A stretch of 63,055 nucleotides of DNA from Gekko japonicus (Eukaryota), in NCBI RefSeq assembly GCF_001447785.1, contig NW_015170887.1:2735053-2798107 (forward strand). Reading direction: 5' to 3'. The notes beneath the pieces were generated by a model. The model searched no databases. It was not told the DNA's origin and saw nothing but the letters and a program-made list of their open reading frames with translations. Each line of letters starts with the position of its first letter. Position 1 is the first letter of the stretch. Shown piece after piece: positions 50,757-62,979 of the stretch. The translations under genes were made by a program, and so were the position numbers.

Positions 50757-51113
50757 GGTAAAGGTAATGGTGACCCTTGCTCGAAAGCCAGTCGAATCTG
50801 ACTCTAGGGATGCGGTGCTCATCTCTGTTTCCAAACCGAAGAGCCAGCGCTGTCCAAAGATGTTTCCATGGTCATGTGGCTGGCATGACTAGATGCTGAG
50901 GTGCACGGAACGCTGTTACCTTCCCACCAAAGTGGTACCTATTGATCTACTTGCAATTTCTTGCTTTCGAACTGCTAAGTTGGCAGGAGCTGGGACCAGA
51001 GACAGGAGCTCACTCCGTCACGAGGCACTAGGGTCTTGAACTGCTGAACTACCGACCATCCTGTCTGCAGTTCAGTGTCTTAACCACTTGAGCCACTGCA
51101 GCCTCCATGTTCT
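50757..51113 (-). mobile_element. Sauria SINE
   Basis: Reverse-complement homolog of 17875-18230; attttaggt repeated at 50751 and 51114. Confidence 0.92.
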
Positions 51114-52379
51114 ATTTTAGGTTGAGCCAAATTTCCCCTTGACTTTGCAGTTGCAAAATCCCTCCCTTTGGGTGACACCGGGCAAGGGTGGCTGCATACA
51201 GGGTCACAGTTCACCCACATGACAGGAGAAGAGACCCTGTCCTCCATTCCTTAGGGACCCAGGAGACACTACTCTTGTTCTGGGGCTATGGGTAATCAGT
51301 GAAGCTGTCTCAGTGCAGTGCAGTAAGAGAAGGAACATATCCCCATTTTATGGAGGCAATTACAACACTTCTCCCTTCCTACACTGTGCTACAGATGCTC
51401 CGTTTCCAGCTTTCCCATTGGAAGGGAAGGAGCGTTTGTTAGTTCCTTAGGAAACTGGATCATGTTGCCTCTCTTCACAATGCAGCGCACCCAGTCTGAT
51501 TAGCTAGTATTGGCATGATATCATCTCTGTCACTATTTGATCCCGATTGGCTAGTATCACACAGTAAAAGAAAAGATAAAGCAGCACCAAAGGAGGTGTA
51601 GGGAGGGCAACCACTGTAGCTGCAAATAGCTACAGAAAGAGACAAATGATACATTTGGGGTTTTATAGAAGGGCGTTTCATACGTTTACCCTCCCCCCTC
51701 TTCTTTTTACCCTAAAACATTAGCGGGTGGTACTCTTATTACTTCAAAGTATTTTAGGAACAAAATTCTACTTTGGGTTGCCAAGCAAAGCATCCTCCAC
51801 TGAGTAAGGTGAGAGTTGCTCAGCACTTTGTGGGAAAAGGCAGAAAATATGCTGCAAGCTGGCAGTCTGCACGTCGTACCCCTTCCTACTCTACCTACAT
51901 ACCAGATTAACTGAGGGATAGCAAAGATGATTCCATATGAAGAGAAAGCACAAACCTTCTGGTACTAACAGCTGCAGAGTTGAGTCACTGGATTCATACA
52001 GGCATACACACCCTAAGTTTTAACACAGCCCCACGTTTGCATAAGTTTCTGAAGACTTTATGCATTGACCAGAATGTCAAAATGCTGGACAACAGTAAAC
52101 TCTGACATTTTGCTCTCTGTAGACAAATAATCCAGTTAGGACACATTCATATGGAGGATTCTCAGATGAATGAATGGGTTGGATCCAGGTTAAACTACAA
52201 TTTCCTCTGATTTCCCCTTCCTTCTGCAGATCCCCCATGACTTTCCTCAGGGCCCCCTAGGCATTTCTTAGAGATAAATATGCCACAGTGTAGGTAGGAA
52301 AGTTCCATTTAGCCACTGGAAAATTAACCATGATTCAACCCATCGAGTGTATTTTTATAGGTCAACTAGATTCTGTTTC

Positions 52380-52998
52380 TGTTCTTTTACTAACCCATAT
52401 GGCAACCCAGGGGAGTAGCAGACCTGCAGGTAGTTATCCTGCTCAACCACAGAGTCCCTCAATAACAACACTCAGTAGGCAGAAGTCCAGACATCATGAG
52501 GTTTCAAGCAACTAGCAGACTCATTCCCAAGGTTGCAGACAAGCTGACCACATACTTGCTCCCGCCTCACTGCAGGCTTATATAGAGAGTTTCCCTGCAG
52601 GTGATGCTAGATCCAGCATTATCCTCATCTGGCAAGCTGAGTCAGCTTCTGGGCCAGATCCTGCAGCAACTTACTGGTTTCTTCTGGTGCTTTCTTAGCA
52701 GAAAGGATGCTTTGGACTGCCAGGCATGCACTCCTACGCCTTGTCCGGGCCTCAGGCACGGCTCTTCACTTACTTTGCCCCTGGGGGAGACTGTGGCAGG
52801 TTTGGGTCCATTTGGGGGCCTCCTGTCTTGAGGGTTCTGCTGGCTCAAGGGGCAATACTGGTGCTGACGGTTTTTCTTGGGGAGGCACTGCAGAATCCAA
52901 CTTACAAGGGAACATCTGGCAGGGTGAGGCTCCAGAGTAGCTCCTTCTCATCCGATGAGAACTCTTCCTTCCATGTTAACCTAGGGTGGTCCATGACC
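52380..52998 (-). mobile_element. Gypsy-like solo LTR
   Basis: Minus strand starts ~GGTCATGG; encodes remnant EEFSSDEKE...Pro-rich...PEARTRRRSACL; tatataag TATA near 52580; left end approximate. Confidence 0.55.
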
Positions 52999-53222
52999 CC
53001 AGTAAAGCCAACATGAGTGGTAGAGCCCACAGTACACTTCTGTAAGTAATAACCGTCATGGCTAGGGACCAATCACAGCTCTTTTTTGGCTGCTAAAGAC
53101 ATGGGGGAACTTTGTTATCTCTTAAAGTTTCATACACTGAACATCCTTGTGGAAAAGCTGTCCCTTTTAAAAGTCGTCCTACAGGAAGTAGAGTTGGAAT
53201 TCAGCCTATCTTTAATGTGTAG

Positions 53223-53339
53223 TAGGGCTGCCAAGCCGCGGCAGGGGATCCGCACGTCTTCACAGGATCCCTGCCGTGTCCCCCGCAGCAGGGATCCTGT
53301 GAAGATGTGCAGATCCCCCGCCACAGCTTGGCAGCCCTA
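53223..53339. mobile_element. 117-bp hairpin hAT MITE
   Basis: TIR tagggctgccaagc / gcttggcagcccta; perfect 8-bp TSD atgtgtag (53215-53222 and 53340-53347). Confidence 0.92.
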
Positions 53340-54189
53340 ATGTGTAGCAATGAGAAGCAGGCTCTAGCTGCTGGAAAAAGAAGGGGTTCATTTTTATCAA
53401 GAAGAGTTTGCTAACTGTCAGAACTGAGTTTCTTGCATCTGATTGTTGGAGAACAGTGTATGCACCAATCAAATCCACAGATAAGTGGTCAAATACTAGA
53501 CCTAGAAGTGAATATTCTCAAGTTTCAATGTTTGCTTTTAAAATACCATATTTGATGCAACTCAGCAAATCCCTCAAATACTTCACCAAAATTTGTGTTT
53601 GGCACCCAGCTGTTGGTTTCTTCTTTATGCCATTTTCCTGTTTCTTCTTTGCCCTCACTGGTCTTGTCCTCACTTGTTCACACTGCTGTTAGGCAATCCA
53701 TGTGATTTTTATTGATGACATGACAATGCTGTGTCTGACCTCATAAGCTTAAACTGCTATAAACAACATGATTCAACCACAAATGAAGTCAAGGATGATG
53801 AGTGTGGAGAAGAGAAGCAGCAGTTCCCGGAGACTAAACACCACCGAAACAGCACTAATTTGGGGGGAAGTATTTATTTCAGTAAATTATATTAAATGGC
53901 AATGTGGGCAAGAAACACCAAGCTTTGTGTGGATAAGGAATGGGAAATGGTTCTAGATACTGCATTCTTATCCCATCCTTCCTCTAAAGTGCTCAGAACA
54001 TTGTTCTGCCCTCCTCTGGTCCCCCCCCCCTCAAAATGATCCTGTGAGCCACTTTGGTCTGCAAAAGAGTGACTAGCCCAACATCAGCTGGATGCATTTC
54101 ATGGCAAAGCAGGGGGTTAAACACAGATGTTCGTAGCCTGACACTCTAACTGCTACACCACAACTGCTTGCAGAAGTATCAGATACAAA

Positions 54190-54485
54190 TATAGTAATAA
54201 TAAGCCTGAACTCTCCCTAGAAACTAAAATTACTAAACTGAGGCTATCATACTTTGGTCATATTATGGGAAGACAAGAGTCACTGGAAAAGACAATCATG
54301 CTAGGAAAACCTGAAGGCAGCAAGAAAAGAGGAAGACCCAACATGAGATGGATTGACTGAATAAAGGAAGCCACATCCCTCAGTTTGCAAGACCTGATCA
54401 AGGCTGTTAATGATAAGTCATTCCCCCCCCCATTTTTAAATTTTCTTATGATAGGTCATTTTGGAGGTCATTAATTCATAGGGTT
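54190..54485 (+). mobile_element. RTE-clade LINE 3' fragment
   Basis: KLRLSYFGHIM...SLEKTIMLGK.EG..KRGRPNMRWID; followed by a Squam2-type SINE at about 54490-54678. Confidence 0.85.
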
Positions 54486-57004
54486 TGGATCCCTACTCCT
54501 CCACAGGCAGCCAGCTGGGTGACCTTAGGCCAGTCTCAGTCCTCTCAGAACTCTGTCAGTCGCACCTACCTCACAAGGTGCCTGTTGTGGGGAAAGGAAG
54601 GGAAGGAGATTGTAAGCCGCACTGAGTCTCCAAGTGAAGGGTAGGGTATAAATGCAACTCTTCTTCTTCCTCTTCTTCCATTTGGCAGGCCTTGATTCCC
54701 AGACTGACTGCTTTACAGATGTTGTGGTAATTTTGTCCATGAATGCTTTGGAGATGCGATGGAAATGTATCTGTAGCCCTTGGCAATGACAGCCTTCAGC
54801 CAGTCAGAATGTTCTTGGAGCTCAGTGTTCTGAGCCCTATAGAGCTTGTACTTATTGGACTGTTCCATCTGAGCAAAAGGAGGGGAACACATGTTCCATA
54901 TTAATCTTCATTTCAACTAAGTTGTTTTAGCTCATGCTTTATTATGGCACTTTGTAACAATGCATCAGTAACAGCAGCCCCGGGGCAGTGCTTGCATGCA
55001 GCAGGCTGAGTGTTTAAACTGCTCTCGAGACAGTCTCTAATCACACACAATGAGACCCTCCCTGGTGTGCCATATGAATTTATAATAGCAATTTATATGA
55101 TGCCCTGAAGCATGGCTTGTATTTGGTCAGGGAAGCTGGGGTTTGTCTAGGAAGGGGGGGGGCTGCTTTTCATTTGCGTTGTTCTCTCCTTCACTATATT
55201 TTATTGCACTTGCCTTTAAAGCACAAAACACAAAACTCTATGATGACACTGATGCTGTAAGTGTCAGCAGTGCTAGTCAAACATGTCTGAAAGGTCTGTT
55301 CTCACCACACTGACCTCTTTAAAAAGCCCTTGTCCACTAACATGGTCCACACTGATGGCATTCTCAACCTTTCACCATTTTTTCTCATTTAACAAAATCT
55401 CCCCCCCCCAAAGAAAAAAAAACAATGAAAGACCAATAAACCCTTACCATATCTTCAAAGTGAAGGGTTGTGTGTTGGAAAAATTGGCAAAATAGTTAAA
55501 TATTCAGAGATTGCAATGGATCTTTGCTTTACTGGAGAGGAGGCATTTTCTTCTATGTAAAAATCTTTATTTCTAAAGGGAAGGGTTCACAGGAAATCTA
55601 CTAAACAACAAAGACACCTAAGGCTACATCTTTACACTTTGACCACATGATCTACAACAATGGAGATTCTTCTTCTTCTTGACCCCTAGAAGGAAATCAC
55701 CTGAATACATTAATCAATGATTGTGAGTAAACAGTTTCACTGGCTTTGTTTCCATTGGCTCTGTGCCAGGTTTCCTTCCATGTCAGTCTAAACAATAACA
55801 CACAAGGTAAGCACACATTAACCCTATAATTACTGAATTTTAGACCTTGCAAAACACATATTTCCAACAAAGTGTAGAAATTAATTTCAAACAGTTCCTT
55901 TTTTGGCTCAGATCTGTCTTCCAATCTCAGCGATATACAGTTATATTGTTACTATATAGTGGAATTAAAGGAATCTTACCTGCCCCTTAGTGATACTCAG
56001 GGCTTTGGACTCTCTCTCCCCCTCACACACACATTTATCCTAAAGGAAGACTAGAATTTTGTTCCAAGTTTGCCATCAAGGAAAAGATGGGCCATCTTAT
56101 ATTTACATAAAAGTTACAAGCATGTTCAGAAACAATCAAATAATGCCCCCTTTCATGTATGACATTTTTAGAGGGGGTTAGTATCATCTTCTTTTCAGGT
56201 ACATGCAATCCATACCAACCCTTTTTACACTTGGAACCACCTGGTAGTTTTATTTTCAGGTGCTGTCTTTCATGCTGTCACATATATATTGATCAAAAGG
56301 CTCACCTGGCACCAAACAAAACACTGCATTATAAAACCATGCAAGGTTTTTGTGTGTATGTTTATGTGCATGTGTGTAGCTATTAAACAAATGCAATTGA
56401 GTGCACCAGGAGGAGGTGGAAATAGATTGCAAATCAGGGGTAAAGAGATATAGCCAGTGACTCGGCCAGAATAATTTCTGAACTGGACCTCCTGCTGGAG
56501 TGAAAAATGACGTTTACAGGAGAAAGGCTTAGAACTAATCTTCTGAAATGATGGTAAAGTGAATTCTTTCCAGGCTCTGCTGCGATTGCTCTTTCTCTGT
56601 CTCTGTTATTCCTTATTATTGTAATGAGCTCTGCTCTCTGAAGTGGGATAAGGTCACCACCCAGATAAGATCAGTTTCAGCTGCCACAGCTGAGATGATC
56701 AGATCACAGTTCGGACTGCCACTTCTAAATTCACCTTGTGTATTAACTTGGGGAAAAGAAGACACCAGAAGTGCTAACTTGGCAAAAAAAAAGTGAAAAA
56801 AATAATGTGGGTGATACATACTGCAGTTGCCCTTGTCCCATAGTCTACCATGACTTGGATTATATCCATAGAGATTATAATCCCATTTGGAGCATCTTGC
56901 CTTCCCACAAAGGCCTCTGCCAGCGGCCATGTTCTGTGAATGAGTCAATGGATGATGTTCTGGAAACTTTATAAACAAACACTTTGAATACTGTTGGGAT
57001 ACTT

Positions 57005-57257
57005 TATTTTACTGCTGCCTTTGACACAGTGGACTACAGCATCTTGTTGAGGCACCTGGAGGCAGAAGAAGGCATCGGGGTTGTGGACTGGTTCAAATCA
57101 TTCTTCATGGACAAACCCAAAGAAAAGCATCAATGTTGAACCTATCCTGTGGAGTCCCACAGGGAGCAATCCTATCCCCCATGCTCTTCAATCCCTATGT
57201 AAAGCCATTAGGCCAAATCATTCCTAGTTTTGGTGTTTGTTGTCATCAATATGCCAA
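57005..57257 (+). mobile_element. old L2 RT fragment
   Basis: AAFDTVDY and GVPQGAILSPMLFN codons; a continuation (RLDYCN) lies at about 58510-58615. Confidence 0.8.
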
Positions 57258-58071
57258 TCCACAAAAATAACACACAATCCCAAAACAGTCTGATATGAAA
57301 AAATATGTATACAGATGTGTGCTAGATGCCCATAGATTAATACAATAACAAAAGAGACTAGCTTAAAGCCATAACATCATTAAGTGTCTGATAATAGAAA
57401 ACAACCACTTATTCCTTCATAGAAAAAATACAAAGGTCGATAACATTTCATCAAAGTCTATATCCCTCTAACAGTCTTGTATTTTCAAAGGCAGTCTGCT
57501 TCAAATTCAATCTGTATCTCAACACTTTTTCCTGATATTTAAGTGTTTCAGACCTCTGGTCTTTCCTCAGGAACAAATCCTATATAGGAATCTTACACTC
57601 AGTGTTACTTTCAAGTTGACACTTTCATTAATTTATTTTTCTGTTAATCTACTTGTGCAGGGTCTCCTCGCTTATTTCAAAACATGCTGGTGCTGCTGCC
57701 AAAGTTAAATGGACCCAGACTATGAGGCATAGTAACACTAGGGGCTGGCTGCTGACGAATGCACGGGGTGGGGGTGTACTTGGTTTTACTGCTCTCTCTT
57801 TAGTCGTGACAAAATTCAAGTTCCTGATGTAAGCATATCTCTAATAATATCTCTGACCCAACCTCAGAGGACAGCAGAAGACAGGAGGGCCTGGCGGGAG
57901 CTGGTCCATGGGGTCGCGAAGAGTCGGACTTCTTCCCACTCAGACTAGCTTGAAAAATGGCCTTTACTATGATGGCTGCGGTCCCATGTGTCAATTGAAG
58001 AAGAGGGGAAGCGAGGCTATTCCCTCCAGGGTAATTCGACTTGCAGTTACAAGATCACACCTCCCTTCATA

Positions 58072-58499
58072 GCTGCGGGCTCAGCCTGTCACTGTGTGAT
58101 CAGACGCAACTGCGGGTGAGTCTTTTTTTGCTGTTTGTTCCCCACACGCATAAACAAGGAATCGCACCTCCGCACCGAAGGCCCCCTATGGGTATGCCAT
58201 GATGCGCATATTGCGAAGAGGGGAGAAAAAAAAACCCAGTACTGAGCTGGGATGGCCTGATCAGACAATCCCGACGGCATGCTTGCGCGATCAGACAGAG
58301 GAAAGTCCATCCATGGCCTGTCACAACCTGTTTACTACCGGATTTTCTCCAGTGTCTTTTTACTCCGCTTCTATGGTGGAGCAGCATGGGTTGCTGATGA
58401 CTGCAGGACGCTTCCCAGATGTTGCTGTCTGATCACACCCTTTAGATTCGTCAGGCATTTGTGCCTACGTCGGATCTACTGGTGTGTGTGATTGCAGCC
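58072..58499. mobile_element. CpG-rich MITE-like element
   Basis: Repeated inverted tgtgatcagac / gtctgatcaca motifs; right end gtgtgattgcagcc. Confidence 0.5.
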
Positions 58500-59121
58500 G
58501 ATGTGGCATATTTGTCCACCTGGATCAATGCCACATTGACAATGAGACTAGACTACTGTAATGTGTTGTACGTTGGTCTCCCCTCAAAATCATTTTGGAA
58601 ACTAAAGTTGGTGCCATGTCTTGTGGAAGGGCCTGCTTGAGGAAATCAGGAAGGCTCCCACTCTCCTGGCTTTCTGCAAACTATGCAAAACTGAATTATT
58701 CCAGAGGGCTTTTCTATGAAGGCAATAGGGTAACACTGTACAAAATGTTTCATAAAGTTACTTGGACAAACTATTAGGGACTGTGGTCTATAAATAATCT
58801 TGTGGTGGTGGATTTCAGGGGGAAGTTGCCAGGGTTAGCAAAGGTTAAGCACTTCTTCCTACCTGCCAGGTTGCCCTACAATTGCTTCCTCTGCAAATTT
58901 TATTACCTGGACAAAGGTGGGTTTAAGAATAACATACCATTCCACTCCGATTGTGACACATGTAGTGGTGGAACAGTCTTTCTGTCAACAATCCTTAGGT
59001 CCAATTCCCATGTTGAACAGAAGTTCATCGTTTAATACGGGAAAAGCACGGGAAAGTAGATGTGAAAATGGCTGTGCATGTGCATTTTCTTATATATAAT
59101 GGCCTACTGGAAAATTGATAG

Positions 59122-59360
59122 TTTTTTTCTTTTGTATTTTTTATAGGTGCATGAGTGTGGAAGTCATGGCAACCTCTGGTGATTGACCCCTCCCGGGGAT
59201 CTGGAGTATATTCAGAGACGTGGCTGAATAAAGCCTCCCCTCAACTCCCGACTGCTGGTATTCCAAGGAGGTCTCCCATCCAAGTACTTGCCAGAGTCAG
59301 CCCTGCTTAGCTTCCGAGATCTGACGAGATCAGGCTTGCCTGGGCTATCCAGGTCAGGGT
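59122..59360 (-). mobile_element. 5S rRNA-derived SINE
   Basis: Minus strand gatctcgtcagatctcggaagctaagcagggc...gtacttggatgggagacctccttggaatacc matches vertebrate 5S rRNA, followed by a non-5S tail and an A-rich end. Confidence 0.88.
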
Positions 59361-59599
59361 GGATATAATTTTTTTCCATGTACGCATTTATTTACTTCAT
59401 TTATACTCCACTTTTCTCCCCACTGGTGACCCAAGTGACTTGCAGCATTCTTCTCTCCTCTGTTTTATCTTCATAACTACCCTGTGAGGTAGGTTAGGCT
59501 GAGAATGTATGACTGCCCCAAGGTCAATCTGCAAGCTGCCATGGCAGAGGAGGTATTTGAACCTGGGATCCTGGCCTAATCACTATACCATATGAACGT

Positions 59600-59800
59600 A
59601 CGAAGCTGCCTTATCCTGAATCAGGCCCTTGGTTCATCAAGGTCAGTACTGTATACTCAGACTGGCAGTGGCTCTCCAGGGTCTCAAGGGAAGGTCTTCC
59701 ATATCACTTATTACCTGGTCTTTTATTAACTGGAAATGCAGGTGACTGAACCTGGGACCTTCTGCATGCCAAGCAGATGCTCTACCATTGAGCCATGGCT
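59600..59800 (-). mobile_element. Squam3-type SINE
   Basis: Full reverse-complement homolog of 983-1177; adjacent older Squam2-type SINE at about 59385-59590. Confidence 0.85.
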
Positions 59801-60749
59801 CCAACTTACCACACTCACTCACCACATCTTGGCCACCTCATTTTAGAAAATGTTCACAAATCATAAATCTCCAACAAGGCAAGAGTAATGTGAAAGCCAG
59901 CCCTTACAGTTCTAGGATTTCGCTTTTTCATTTTTAAATCACCTTACAAAAAAAGGAAGCAATTATGTACCTCCCAAAACTGTGAAGACAAGGGTAAAAA
60001 TAAAATGTGATAGTAGGACTTCTGAAACTGTTACGGTTAAAAGATAAGTAAAATACCTCCCCAAATGAATTATATCTCCAAAGTCATGATCTTGAAAAAC
60101 TGACTCATTTAAAAAAAATACCTTCGTGGTAATTCCAAAGTTTTGGTCATTGACTGAAAGACTCAGATGGTGGGGGAAGGCTTTTTGTAGCTAACACATT
60201 CATTAAAGCTGAAATCCTAACCAAGGCAGAGAGTCAAAGGTATGTGGCTGATGTTGAAAAATTGCCACCACAGTTTGATGGGAGGATCTCATCTCAACAA
60301 AAGACAGATTGTTCCATCACCCTCTGCTTTGCAGCAAGAGTCAAGAGTAAAAGTCCACACTCACTGGGATGTATAAGGATACATTCACAAAAGGAGCAGA
60401 GTCCTGTTTTGCACCTCAGACTTTCTTATTGCTGTAAGTAAAGAAATGCTTCTGAGGATTCTAGTTGAGATGCAAATCTATTTAGTATCATGCAGTAATA
60501 AATGCTAAGTCGCTGATCCTTCTGATGTTTCACTTTTGGGTGTACTCATTTTGTTTGGGTTTGGATTTTCTGCACTTTGGGGCAAAAAGGTTATCTATTA
60601 CTGAGTGATTCTTTCCTTTAGTTCAGAGGTATCATTTGAGGATCCTTTCTTTCTGTCTTTCTTTCTCTTCACTGTTATGTGTATAAAACTGGCAGAACAA
60701 AAAGAGACTGGTTTGAGAATTCCAAGATGTCATTCAATTTGCAAATAAA

Positions 60750-61194
60750 GGCCCCCAGTCACACAGGAGGCTTTGATCCGCAAGAGGGATGGATTGGGGG
60801 CGCATCAAGCGGGCGCAATCACACCGCAACATCTGGGAAGCGGCGCGCACCCGTCCCCGATCTGTCTCTTCCAGGCGAAGATGTGGATCAAAAAAACCCC
60901 TACAAAACACTACTACTTACCAGGAAATCTGCAGCAGGGGCGGCCGTAGGATCGCTGGCACGCCCGTCTCTGGCAGCATGCAAGGCCCCCTGCCAAACTG
61001 TGCAGGCACACACATGCGCAGCGGGCTCGCCTCGCTCACCCATCTGTGGCTTCCCCCCGGCATCTGATCATGCTGGGGAGCAACTGCACGGTGGCTTGGG
61101 GGATCTGTCTGATCCCGCCGCCACGCTTCTCTTTTGATACGGCTCAAAAAAGCTGCACTTCAGCCGCACCTTTCCCCCCAGTGTGACCGGGGCC
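60750..61194. mobile_element. CpG-rich MITE, PIF/Harbinger-like
   Basis: TIRs ggcccccagtcacac / gtgtgaccggggcc; 3-bp aaa flanks; inverted homolog of 3033-3475. Confidence 0.75.
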
Positions 61195-61696
61195 AAAAAT
61201 GATTAAACTTGTACATTAGAAAGCAAATGTATGAGCCCCTTAAGAATGGCCTTTGTAGTGTACAAAGTAGACCTGTGCTGAAGCTGAAGGTCGCCCACTG
61301 AATTGGCCTGCAGTCTGTTCAGGAGTTGTGATCCACATGGCCAAACTCTTGACAATTTAATGGGGTTCTGAAAAGTTTTGAGGGGTTCAGTCGTGCTAAA
61401 CATTCAACTGTGCATCGCAGTGTTCTCCATATTACAGTAAATATGGTATATAGAGATTGTTTACTGTTGGTGAGCATGGAAGGAGGGGTGGCTTGAGTGG
61501 CTGAGTGAGTGAGCCAATGAGCATGTGTGGGGGATGATGTCATGCATGTGAACTATGACTGGTCAATGGTTGAGGAAGCGTGGCCGGAGGGCTGGTTTTT
61601 GTAAGCAGAGAGAGATAGAAGAGAGGAGAATCCACCTGTGTCTCTGCACAGAGTCAGTCTGTGGGGAGAGCTGATGTCTATCTGAATATTTGTATA

Positions 61697-61790
61697 GAAC
61701 AAAGTTTGAGTTCAGTGGCATCTTTAAGACCAACAAAGTTTTATTCAAGGCATGAGCTTTTGTGTGCGTGCACACTTCCTCAGATACAAT
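61697..61790 (-). mobile_element. Penelope-derived fragment with degenerate hammerhead motif
   Basis: Minus strand gtat-CTGAGGA-a-GTGTG-cacg-CACAC-AAAA-gctc-atgc. Confidence 0.65.
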
Positions 61791-62064
61791 ATTTATATGT
61801 CAGTTTAGGGTTGTTCACTTGATTGTTAGATTTTATCTTCTGTATTTTTTATATGGGGGGGCAGTTGATTTTAATGGTTTTAAAATATGATTTTATCATG
61901 TATGTTTTAATTTGTTAGCAACCTTAGTGGCCCCTGTGAGGGCAGCAAAGCAGGGTATACATTTTGTAAAATAAATAAATTTTACTCCTTAAGCTTTCTT
62001 GTTATGCTAGTCTATGAAATAAAACTTTGCTAAACCATAAAGAAACTTTCATTACAAGTACATA

Positions 62065-62255
62065 TGTCAGTGCTGTCAAGTCGCAACTGACTTATGGCAA
62101 CCCCTGCCAAGGGGCTTTCGAGGCGAGTGAGCAGCAGAGGTGGCTTGCCATTGCTTTCCTCTGCAGAGCCATCCTTGGTGTCTCCCAACCAAGTCCTGGC
62201 CCTACTTAGCTTCCAAGATCTGATGAGACCGGGCTAAACCATACCACTTTCCCTC
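62065..62255 (-). mobile_element. 5S rRNA-derived SINE (degenerate)
   Basis: ccctacttagcttccaagatctgatgagaccgggct...ccataccac. Confidence 0.75.
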
Positions 62256-62979
62256 CCTTCCTCATGAGTACTTTGGAAAGTGGAATCAGTTTAACCCATT
62301 AAAGGCTGTACAGTGGCACGTAGTGGTCAGCTGCAGTGACATTCTCCTGAAAAGAGAAAGGGTTTCTGCCAAAGGGGGTAGTAGAAAGGTCAAAATCCTC
62401 CTCCTAAGGTGTGAAAGAGGGGAGGGGTTCACCACAGGTATGCATGATCTCAGGGATCTTCCCAACAGGTTCCACTCCCCTTCACTGCAGCAACAGTGCT
62501 TGCCAATACTAGTTAAAACTCTTTTTTGCACAGGTTTCCCTCTCCCACGGCTACATTTCTTTGCCATCAATGTATTGTTTAATGTAAAAACAAATCAAAA
62601 AACACTTTCATGGTGACTTACACAGGCACAAGATATATCTATATCCCATACGGTTGCCAAACCTGCCATATGAAGAAGGCAAGGAGGGGCCAAACTGCAA
62701 ATGATCTGTGCTGGAAAATTAGGTCGCTTCAATGACCTGGCCATGACCCTGGAGGATATGTGCCATCATTGTTGAGTGGCAAGGTTCTGTGCACTGACTG
62801 CTTAGGCACAAAGGTGACTGCAAACTGCAAAACATACCCATATGAATGTAGCTCATTTCCCAGGTTTATGACCTTGTAGCATATAAAGCAACTTACAGAG
62901 GAAACTTTATGTATAGCTACTTGGTGGGTGCAAATCAGCCCACATGTTGTCCAGTTTGAATGTCAAGTAAAATAGAGAG

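Noticed and set aside
52601-53016. Possible coding exon cluster
   Set aside because: Better explained as a Gypsy-like solo LTR with a decayed ORF remnant.
53545-55790. Minus-strand exon candidates (QCEQVRTRPV... and LTWKETWHRANG...)
   Set aside because: Splice signals are only moderate, I could not build a consistent multi-exon frame, and the peptides are not recognised.
59250-59345. 5S rRNA gene
   Set aside because: Altered 5' end, substitutions and a SINE tail; single dispersed copy, not an rDNA unit.
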